Source: Candidatus Sumerlaeaceae bacterium
GTDB taxonomy: Bacteria > Sumerlaeota > Sumerlaeia > Sumerlaeales > Sumerlaeaceae
Direction of reading: 5' to 3'
NCBI GenBank assembly: GCA_049968255.1
Contig: JBMFRB010000005.1
Span: 243,052-267,513 of the forward strand
DNA length: 24,462 bases
Shown: positions 9,887-18,300 of the stretch, piece after piece
Numbering within the stretch: the first letter of the stretch is position 1
How the letters are laid out: each line of letters opens with the position of its first letter
Translations under genes and position numbers: made by a program
Notes under the pieces: model-generated
Seen by the model: the letters and a program-made list of their open reading frames with translations, nothing else
The model's database searches: none
What the model was told of the DNA's origin: nothing

Positions 9887-10019
9887 GTGGAGCGCGGTAC
9901 CATGTCTAGCTACACAGGGCATGAGGGCTTCTTTGCCATCGCGTCGAGTTCGCACTGCTTTACAAGGCAACAGAATTCTTCACTTTACTTCGCAAAGCGT
10001 TGTGGCTGGATGCACGATC

Positions 10020-10769
10020 ATGAAAGTCATCGGTGTCATACCTTCTCGTTATGCGTCGGTGCGTTTGCCGGCCAAGCCGCTCGTGCTGATTGCAGGCAAG
10101 CCGCTCGTGCAATGGGTGTGGGAGGCTGCCAGCAAAGCGCGAACACTGGATGAACTACTTGTTGCGACGGACGATGAAAGAATTGCCAAGGTAGTGCGAG
10201 ATTTCGGCGGAAAAGCTGTCATGACGCCGGCGAGCTGCCCGAGCGGAACCGACCGCATCGCCACAGCCATTGCTGACTCTCCGTGCGACGTTGTCGTAAA
10301 CGTTCAAGGCGATGAACCGCTTATGGCTGCGGAAAACATCGACGCCTGCGTGAAAGCGCTGTTTGCAGATGCCGAAGCTGCCGTGGCCACGCCTATGGTG
10401 CAGCTTACAAATGAAGCTGAAATTACGGCGCCCCATGTGGTGAAAGTTGTGTACGATGCTCATGGCTATGCCTTGTATTTTTCGCGCTCGCCAATCCCGA
10501 ACTGCGTGCGTGCATCGGCAGAGGAACGCGCCAGCGTCCCTGTCATGAAACATCTCGGGCTTTATGTCTACAGGCGCGGCGCGCTGGAAGAATTCGTCAA
10601 GCTTCCCCCCTCGCGTTATGAGCGCGTCGAGAAACTTGAACAACTTCGCTTTCTTGAGGCCGGTCACAGAATCCGTATGGTGGAAGTGGCCCACGATTCC
10701 GTGGGGGTGGACACGCCAGAGGATGTTGTGGCTGTAGAGGCACTGCTGCGCGAGCGTGGACTCATCTAG
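10020..10769 (+). CDS. kdsB: 3-deoxy-manno-octulosonate cytidylyltransferase (CMP-Kdo synthetase)
   Basis: MKVIGVIPSRYASVRLPAKPL, SGTDR, NVQGDEP, ALYFSRSPIP, HLGLYVY, EKLEQLR, GVDTPED. Start set at ATG 10020. Confidence 0.96.
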   Translation: MKVIGVIPSRYASVRLPAKPLVLIAGKPLVQWVWEAASKARTLDELLVATDDERIAKVVRDFGGKAVMTPASCPSGTDRIATAIADSPCDVVVNVQGDEPLMAAENIDACVKALFADAEAAVATPMVQLTNEAEITAPHVVKVVYDAHGYALYFSRSPIPNCVRASAEERASVPVMKHLGLYVYRRGALEEFVKLPPSRYERVEKLEQLRFLEAGHRIRMVEVAHDSVGVDTPEDVVAVEALLRERGLI

Positions 10770-12355
10770 TCGAGCTGTTCTGTGATAGTTTCGACGTCGT
10801 AGCTCCAGTCATCGTAGTAAAGATTTCCACCGTCCCACTCGAGCTCCCCTCGCTGGTTGTCCACAGGATCCGAGCGCCAGAAGCGCTTAGGAGGCTCGAA
10901 TGAGGCACAGGCTTGGTGATTCGCCACCATCCGGTAGGCATCGACGTTGCCAAAAAAGAATTCGCGCACACGCGGGTCATCGTCATCCCGCCAGCCTCGC
11001 GAAGGATCTGCCGGCAGCCAGCCATATGGCTCGGCGTAGAATTCCGCCCAGTCGTGCATATTCCACCCGCTGGGATAAACAACCCAACCGCTGACCCATC
11101 GCGCAGGAATCCCTGCGGCGCGGCACAGCGTGATGAAAAGCAGAGCTTGGACACCACAGTCGCCGCGGCGCGTGACGAGCACTTTCTCCACGATGCGGGG
11201 CATGACGCAGTATTCCATCTCCGAAGCATAGCGGATATTCGTGACAACCCAATCGAAAATTCGGCGTGCGCGAGCTAGGGGATCTGTCACTTTGTCAACA
11301 ATTTGCTTTGCTAACTCGCGGACATCAGAGGAAAAAACAATGTGAGGCGGTTGCTCGGCAAGCCACGGCAGTAGTTCAATCGTGCTTAGTCGCTTTGTGG
11401 GGCGGGCATCCGCAAGTAAAGGAAGATAGGCACTTGTCGTGAATTCATAAATCGCAGAAAAAGTTGCTTTACCGTCCGCATCGGCACACTGCTCAAAATA
11501 AAGGGTGCGCTGGGGCGCGTGTGGTGCAGCGGCGAGCAGCGGTTCGGGAACCGCAGCAATCAGTGAGATGTGGTGTTGGGTTTCGGTTTCACGGGGAAAT
11601 GGCAACCAGCAGCGCAGGTGGGTGCCAGGTGGAACGCGGCCAGCCTGCAGAGTCACGCGATGCGTGGCGCGCACACGCAAATGGAAGATGCGCGGTTGCG
11701 ACGTTGCCGCGCAGCGATGGACGAGTTCGCGAAGATGGCGATTGAGAACAAAATGCTGCGTCGGTCTGTCCGAGGGATCTCCCCACAATCGCGGCGTGGT
11801 CGTTTTCCCCACGATCACAAGACTTCGGCGCTTCTGAGCCTTCTCACTGAAGCGAAAGAGATTTGCTGGCTCGCGGCGAAAAACTCGAAGTTCGCCATCA
11901 ATCCGCACACATTGCAGACTTTCCTCTCGCACCCACTGTTCGAGTTCGGCCGTTGTGACGTCGGGAATTTGGACAACCAGTTTTTTCCGAAACTCGTCGA
12001 GTGTTAGAGCGAATTCGCGACGTAAGCGACTGAGTCGCTCGATTTCTCGTTCGGCGAGTTCTCGGCTAACGCACCTCATGAGCGGCGCAGTGGCGTCGGC
12101 ATCGCGGAGACGAGTAAGAATGCACTCGACTTCGCGAAGAGAGCCCTCTTTTTCTAAGTGCGCCAGTTCTGACCCTAGCTGTGTCTCGACAAGGTACTCA
12201 GGAAGACCATTTGGCACTGCTCGTTGCGTTTGCTTCGTCATTGGGTTTTCCGCACCCCATAGAAGCGAATTTACGATAGACGGACTCAGCAGAAAAAGAA
12301 CGGCCAAAATCCCTACACTCGAATGCTCAGCCTTGCGGCGGATGCTTGCGGACAT
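10766..12355 (-). CDS. Transglutaminase-like (Cys-His-Asp) domain protein, probably exported
   Basis: GDCGVQALLFITLCRAAGIPARWVSG, HDWAEFY and GWLPADP motifs; basic then hydrophobic N-terminus from ATG 12355 (start uncertain). Stop overlaps the kdsB stop (CTAG). Confidence 0.85.
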   Translation of the reverse strand: MSASIRRKAEHSSVGILAVLFLLSPSIVNSLLWGAENPMTKQTQRAVPNGLPEYLVETQLGSELAHLEKEGSLREVECILTRLRDADATAPLMRCVSRELAEREIERLSRLRREFALTLDEFRKKLVVQIPDVTTAELEQWVREESLQCVRIDGELRVFRREPANLFRFSEKAQKRRSLVIVGKTTTPRLWGDPSDRPTQHFVLNRHLRELVHRCAATSQPRIFHLRVRATHRVTLQAGRVPPGTHLRCWLPFPRETETQHHISLIAAVPEPLLAAAPHAPQRTLYFEQCADADGKATFSAIYEFTTSAYLPLLADARPTKRLSTIELLPWLAEQPPHIVFSSDVRELAKQIVDKVTDPLARARRIFDWVVTNIRYASEMEYCVMPRIVEKVLVTRRGDCGVQALLFITLCRAAGIPARWVSGWVVYPSGWNMHDWAEFYAEPYGWLPADPSRGWRDDDDPRVREFFFGNVDAYRMVANHQACASFEPPKRFWRSDPVDNQRGELEWDGGNLYYDDWSYDVETITEQLD

Positions 12356-12527
12356 GACAGGCCCTTCGCGTATTCGCCCCAAGGCGCCAGGCTCATCGTA
12401 GCTGCAGCTCGGCGACCAACGAGCCCAACCATCGCGCATCTGGCGAAAAAAGCCCACTTGCATTTTGTCTTTTTATCAACATCAACTGTTCGACAGAAAA
12501 GTAAAAAACGCTTGTTCAGGATTGGTC

Positions 12528-13226
12528 ATGAAGAAGAGTCTGCACCTTAGCCTAGTCACATTGACTGTGCTCGCGATTATAGGAACAAGAGCCCTGCCAA
12601 TTCAGTCGGCTCCGGATTATACGAACGTGCGGTTTACGGTGGTGCGCTTAGGAAGCGTCGACGATCCCTTCTTTTACAATGCGGATTCTGACGACGCAGC
12701 CGTGTTCAAGAAGGCTGGTGTTTATTGGCGCGGCGGAGTACCTTTCTACGTTCACGGAAAAAAGGGCGTGTTCAAAAGCAAGCCCCAGGCATCACCTGCG
12801 AGCGGAAACACGATTGAAGCCGACCTGGTAACGACATCAATCCCGAAAGCAGTGGGTGTGTTTGTCTTGGTTGCGACGACCGGCACCCAAAGCCGTGTGC
12901 TATCGAGCATCGGAAAGATCGAATACGAGTTCTCGGACGGAACGACATATACGGGAAACGTCGTGGCGCCTGACCATTATGAGATTCTCGACGAGGCTGC
13001 ACAGCAGGATTTGGAGATCCCCGAAAACGAGTCTGAGCCATTGACACGCTACACGACCGTAGGGGGCCACTTAGCTCGCTATCGGCTGTCCGTACTTTTT
13101 CATGCTTTTCCACGTCGCACCTTGACGCGGATTCGGGTGATGGACACGCCGGATGAGGGTGAAGGCGCAGAAACGATTGATTGTCCCATCTGGATTTATG
13201 GGATTACAATTGCAACGGAACCGTAG
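12528..13226 (+). CDS. Secreted hypothetical protein, predicted beta-rich
   Basis: MKK followed by a hydrophobic signal-peptide-like stretch; 232 aa; fills the gap between flanking genes. Confidence 0.7.
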   Translation: MKKSLHLSLVTLTVLAIIGTRALPIQSAPDYTNVRFTVVRLGSVDDPFFYNADSDDAAVFKKAGVYWRGGVPFYVHGKKGVFKSKPQASPASGNTIEADLVTTSIPKAVGVFVLVATTGTQSRVLSSIGKIEYEFSDGTTYTGNVVAPDHYEILDEAAQQDLEIPENESEPLTRYTTVGGHLARYRLSVLFHAFPRRTLTRIRVMDTPDEGEGAETIDCPIWIYGITIATEP

Positions 13227-13400
13227 AATACTCTGTCTTGCTTGTTTTGCGCACCCACGTTCGTCGTACCCCTTGCCACATACATTTCTTGTTGACCTCG
13301 CGAAAACGTCTAAATAGCGCTAAAAGACTTTTAGGCGTTATCAGAAGAATAATAAGGACGCACGGTCATACTTCAGAATTTTTCTGATGGCAGCCAAGAG

Positions 13401-13428
13401 GGGCAACAGCTGTTGCCCAATTTTTTTT
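13401..13428 (+). terminator. Intrinsic terminator-like hairpin in the leader of the pilin gene
   Basis: Perfect palindrome GGGCAACAGCTGTTGCCC (13401-13418), then AA and T8 (13421-13428). Confidence 0.6.
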
Positions 13429-13447
13429 AGAAAGGAGCATTCGTAGA

Positions 13448-14080
13448 ATGCGCTCAGCTCGACCACAGGGGTTCACCCTGATCGAACTCCTCATCGTGGT
13501 GGCGATTATCGCCATCCTTGCTGCAATCGCGGTGCCGAATTTTCTCGAAGCGCAGGTTCGCTCGAAAGTCTCACGGGCAAAGTCCGATATGCGCAGCACC
13601 GCAACGGCGCTCGAAGCTTACGCGGTGGATCATAACCGTTATCCTGACGTGCTGACTCCTCAGCCCGGAATCCCGATCAAATTGGGAATTGGCTACTCAC
13701 GTGCCTGTCTCACCTTGCTCTCAACACCCGTGGCTTACATGAGCACTGGACTACTTACCGATCCATTCGCTGTGGGTTCGCAATCTACCCAGTTCTTTGG
13801 CTATGCCAATATGAAAGCAGCGGTGGACGCCGGCGATGTCGACGTTGCGACCGGCGGTGCGGCCACTGCGACGCAAAAGAATATGCTGCTGGAGCACCTC
13901 TGGATCCTTCAGAGTGTAGGGCCAGACCGCGTAAACTTTGCGCTGAATAGTCCTCCGACCGGCTTTACGCTGGCGGTGCGGTCTCTCACCACGAAAGAGA
14001 CACTTGATTTCTTCTATGATCCAACGAACGGCACCGTCTCTGGTGGCGACGTCGTTCGGACTGGTAAGGGGCAGTTCTAA
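13448..14080 (+). CDS. Prepilin-type N-terminal cleavage/methylation protein (GspG/pseudopilin-like)
   Basis: Class III signal MRSARPQG|FTLIELLIVVAIIAILAAIAVP with Glu+5; GspG-like SVGPD motif; C-terminal YDPTNGTVSGGD; AAAGGAG RBS at 13431-13437. Confidence 0.9.
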   Translation: MRSARPQGFTLIELLIVVAIIAILAAIAVPNFLEAQVRSKVSRAKSDMRSTATALEAYAVDHNRYPDVLTPQPGIPIKLGIGYSRACLTLLSTPVAYMSTGLLTDPFAVGSQSTQFFGYANMKAAVDAGDVDVATGGAATATQKNMLLEHLWILQSVGPDRVNFALNSPPTGFTLAVRSLTTKETLDFFYDPTNGTVSGGDVVRTGKGQF

Positions 14081-14110
14081 CGACTGCCTTGGCGGGAGCA
14101 AGTCATGCAG

Positions 14111-14148
14111 CCGTCGGAGAAGCGAAAGCCCTTCTCCGACGGTTTTTT
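14111..14148 (+). terminator. Rho-independent terminator of the pilin gene
   Basis: 12-bp perfect stem CCGTCGGAGAAG/CTTCTCCGACGG with a GAAA-containing loop, followed by T6. Confidence 0.9.
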
Positions 14149-14310
14149 GCTTATGGAGAAGAGCAACGCCTGTAGGTCACAGGCAGTGCGTCGTTCTCGT
14201 TTTTCAGGCTCTGCAAACATCATTATGCTATTGCAACAGCGAGTGCTTTCTTTCAAAAACATAGCCTGCGCCCGACGAAAAGGTAAGGTCGAGGTCGCCA
14301 GGAGTGGCTG

Positions 14311-15327
14311 ATGAGCGATCCGCAGGACGCAAATGAGACTCTGTTTGATAAGAATTCCCAGGAGGCCAGCGATGACACGCTGAGCGTGGAGCGCAAGCGG
14401 GTCAATTCTCCGAGGGTGTTCAATCCGTTGCTCCTCTGCCTCGAAGGCCCCCACCGCGGCATGCGTTTCCCTTTGCAAAAACGGGAGCAGGTCATCGGCC
14501 GCAGCTCGCAGGCAGACATCCAGATTGATGACGAAATGATCTCGCGGCGCCACGTCCTCATTACTTGGCACAATTGGCAAAACCCATCAGAATTCCCTCA
14601 CTGCACATGCGAAGACCTTGGCAGTCGCAACGGCACAGAACTCAACGGCGCGCCGCTCGTTGCTCCAGCTGTTCTGCGCGAACGGGATCGGTTGCTTCTC
14701 GGGAGCACCGTCCTGGGATTTTTTCTTCGCGACGCAGACGAAATCGAGTTGGACCGGACGCTTTATGAATTAGCCACGAAGGACGCCTTGACAGGTCTGG
14801 ACAATCGCCATCAATTCAACGCTCTTCTGCGTCACTATATCGAGCGCGTCCGCCGATACGGGCAAAAGATTGCTCTTCTCCTCGTTGATGCCGACCACTT
14901 CAAAGTGGTCAATGATACTCACGGCCACGATGTTGGGGACCTTGCGCTTCAGCACATTGCTCGCATCATCGCCACATCGTGCCGCTCGACCGAAGTTTGC
15001 TCGCGCTGGGGAGGCGAGGAATTTGCCATCTTGGCACCTGAGAGCGACCAGCATGGTGCCACTGTTCTTGCCGAGCGTATCCGCACCCGCATCGCCCTGT
15101 TCCCGCTGGAAATAAATAGCCGACAAAAACTCGGTCTGTCAGTAAGCATCGGGATCACTATGCTGCGCCCAGAGGATTCGCCTGAGGAAACCTTTCGCCG
15201 CGCTGACCGCTCGCTTTATTTGGCTAAGGAACTCGGAAGAAACAAAACGGTGTTCGATGGCCGAGTGGTAGGGCTTGATCAGATGCCCACTTTTGCAAAA
15301 AGACCGCCTCTCGCTCCCGAGGGGTGA
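14311..15327 (+). CDS. FHA-domain diguanylate cyclase (FHA-GGDEF)
   Basis: FHA motifs IGRS, ISRRH and DLGSRNGT; DALTGL wide turn; DADHFKVVNDTHGHDVGD; RWGGEEF; AKELGRN; AGGAG RBS. Confidence 0.93.
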   Translation: MSDPQDANETLFDKNSQEASDDTLSVERKRVNSPRVFNPLLLCLEGPHRGMRFPLQKREQVIGRSSQADIQIDDEMISRRHVLITWHNWQNPSEFPHCTCEDLGSRNGTELNGAPLVAPAVLRERDRLLLGSTVLGFFLRDADEIELDRTLYELATKDALTGLDNRHQFNALLRHYIERVRRYGQKIALLLVDADHFKVVNDTHGHDVGDLALQHIARIIATSCRSTEVCSRWGGEEFAILAPESDQHGATVLAERIRTRIALFPLEINSRQKLGLSVSIGITMLRPEDSPEETFRRADRSLYLAKELGRNKTVFDGRVVGLDQMPTFAKRPPLAPEG

Positions 15328-15337
15328 AAGGCGGTCT
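15297..15337 (-). terminator. Possible terminator hairpin between the convergent GGDEF and GH18 genes
   Basis: AGACCGCCT/AGGCGGTCT inverted repeat (15301-15309 and 15329-15337) with partial inner pairing and a short U-run on the minus strand. Confidence 0.45.
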
Positions 15338-15379
15338 CACGCTACGTTTTGCTTGTGACGAAGCGAGAAGGGGCGGCCT

Positions 15380-18300
15380 TCAGTAAAGCTCCCACTCCTC
15401 AACTGCTGAATTAACGGGTGCAATAGTGAGATTATCCACCCACGTACCCTCGTTGGTTGCAGGCCCACCTGTGTGATTCTCGCGGAATCCAATCTGGACA
15501 GCGCCGGAAGTGCGCCCTTCAGACGGGATGGGGCCACGATAAATCTCGACGTTGTTGATCGAGGCGACAAGCTGGTTGGCCGATGAGGCCGTCGGCTCGA
15601 CCACAAGGCGGAACGTTGCCCACGTGCCAGCTGTGACACCAAGCTGCGCCAACGTTTTGGAGCCAAGGAGTACTGTTGGCGATGCATGGAGACCATCGTT
15701 CAGCGCCTGGACAAACTGGACCACGCCAGGATGGTCGGGCTGACCATCATTGAGCCCCACTCCTGCAACGTTTTCGTAAATCAACCAGTAACCATTTTCG
15801 TAGCTTGAATTTCCCGGCGACACCGACGGGAAGAAGCGGCTTCCTTGAGTTCCACAGAACCCCACCCCTATTGCCTGAGCCGGCTCGCTGGCGCTTGGCA
15901 GATAGAGCTCCCCTACAACCTGGTAACCCGTGCCACTGGCGCCGAAGGAGGCATCACCGATCACACCGATCACACCGCCGCCGGAGAGATCGACGCAGCG
16001 ATAGACTTTCCCATGGACACCACCCGGGTCAACACTCGAAGGCGGCGTGGAAACGCTAAACTGCGCAAAGGTCTGGAAAGCAGTCGGTGGCGCTGTTTCG
16101 AAGTTATAGGTGACTGGTAAAGTCACACCCGCACCATTAGGTTGTCCAGGTGTGGCATTCATGAAGGAAAAGTCATTGCCGTTGACATAGGATATTGCAC
16201 CATCCGGCAGACGCCCAATGGAGTAAGAATCGCCTAATACATTTGTGCCAGTGGCGACCTCCCCGAGCCACGGTGGGCCAAAGTTCGACACAACGGGCTT
16301 GAAGGGAGAATCTAAGCCATTAAGACCACCGGCTGCTTGATACACAACAGAATCGTAAGAGATGCCGGTGTTCACATCGTAGAGCCGGAGGGCACTAGGA
16401 GCACCCGTGAGCAAAGTGCCATCGGCCATAGCGACGTCGCGTATGGCGCTCAGGCCTGAAGCGCCGACTAAAAGCAATCCCGACGAGGGCATCGTTAGCC
16501 CGCCTAGCGAAATCGAGGTGACGACATCGCCTGTCGAACCGCTAATGGTCTGCAGATAAAGCCCTGCCGGAAGTGTTGCACCTGTGGGGCCAGCTATCTC
16601 AACGAACTGTTGATTTGCGGTGCTATAGCGCAATTCGTTGATTACAAAATTTTGGTTTCCTGGCAAGGAGGGCTGATAGAGGATGCGATCGAAATTGATC
16701 GTTCCTGTCGAACCGGTGAACCCTGTTGTGGAAACCTCAAATCCGGCGAACGTGATGTCGCGTGTGCCGCCACCAGCCGTATCAATGACCCCATTACCGG
16801 ACGTATAAGCGCCCTCGCTGGTCGTGTAGGGCGTCACGGGGTCGTTAAGAAGATCGAAGCTGATCGTTTTCCAGCCAGCGGTGGCTAAACTGAACGCAGG
16901 CCCTTTTTCGAGCTGCTTGTTCTTATCGCGCACCACCATGCGGATCGTAGTGCCAGGATAGCCTGCGGGCGTATGAATGTCAGCGAGGAATTTGGTGGTG
17001 GCCGGAACCGTGATGATTGCATTGCCCCAATCCACGGCGTAGGGCGTGGAGGTGCCCATAAGCGGCTGATGCTTGAAGAAGAAGCGACCAGGCGTGGCTG
17101 TGAATTTGAAGTTTACTGCCAAGACTTTATGGCTACCCGCCGGAGCCCCCACGGGCGCATTCGCAGGTGCGCGTGAGGCCGAAGCTGCATCGAGATTCTG
17201 ATCGTCGGGGCCATCGGAAGGAGAACGCCAGCGTGCGTTGAAACCAGTGTTGGTGTCCGATGAAGCGTGTTCAAACGTTTCCACACGGAATGTGCGAGTG
17301 CCTGGCGGTGCAAACATCTCCTCCATCAGCGTATACGGATATTCGAGGGTTCTCGTGAACGATTGCGGGCCGGCTCCCGTGTTATTTGGGTCCACAGAAG
17401 TCTCATTGACGAGCCAAAGGAGACTCCAAAAGCCAATTCCGGCAAGCTGTTTGCCTCGCCCGTTATTTCCTTTCCAGCCTTTGACCAGCCGAAACTTATA
17501 TTCCAAAGTTTCGGCGTCGTCGAAGGTGGTGAGTCGATAAGTGCTGCCACTGACCAGGTACGTGTACCACTTGGCGTGATGGTCCACAGGGTTACTATAG
17601 TTTTTGGGATACGGCGAGTTACGATAGAGCGTATCGAAGTTCGCGTCGATCAGTGCGCCCGCTCCTACCTGCGTGCCGGTGTCTCCATAAGAGCCCGTGG
17701 TAGTCGTGTCCCACTGCTTCGTGTAGAAAGGCAATCCCAGCACAATATGCTCTGGCGGGATTCCCGCAGCAATGTAATCATCCACATTGCCGACGATGCT
17801 GTAAGTACTCGGTGAGCCGTAGGGGCCAACCGCCGTCATTGTGGATCCGCTTGCGAAATCATAGCCACTATAAATAATGTAATCTGTATAATTTGTTAGA
17901 TTTGCAGCATTATATTGCGTGCTACTCCAGCTCGGAATCGTGTAAATGCTCAGCTCACGGGGGGGGTTCAGAGCTTTGAGTGCCGTGTAAAGGTCCTGGA
18001 TAAATGCGGCGATCCCATCGCGCGTGGCTGTGCCCCACGAAAACTCAAAATCGAGGTTTACCCCATCGCATCCGTTGTTTGGATCTGCAACGACGTTCAC
18101 GACGTTGGTGATGAGTTTTTGGCGCAAGGTGGTGCTTGTCATCACCGTGCTGAGCACTGTCTCATCGAAGTTGTTGTTGGCGAGGACGATGACAACTTTC
18201 ACCCCGTTGTTGGCAGCCACGCCTCCTGGCTTGAGCTCGACGCTGCGACTATTGAAGCTGCTGACGCCGCCTAAATCCGCATTTGCGTCGAATGTGATAA

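Noticed and set aside
9864-10019. Upstream extensions of kdsB (from 9864) and hypF (from 9970)
   Set aside because: They would overlap head to head; family homology begins at MKVIGVIP for KdsB and near the acylphosphatase domain for HypF.
13350-13400. c-di-GMP-I riboswitch (GGACGCA...TGGCAGCC resemblance)
   Set aside because: Lacks the GGCAAA/GNRA-capped P2 stem and GCAAAG junction; the resemblance is fragmentary. Kept only as an unclassified leader.
14880-14945. Hypr GGDEF (3',3'-cGAMP synthase)
   Set aside because: The specificity position reads GHDVGD (Asp), the canonical GTP-specific residue, not Ser/Thr.
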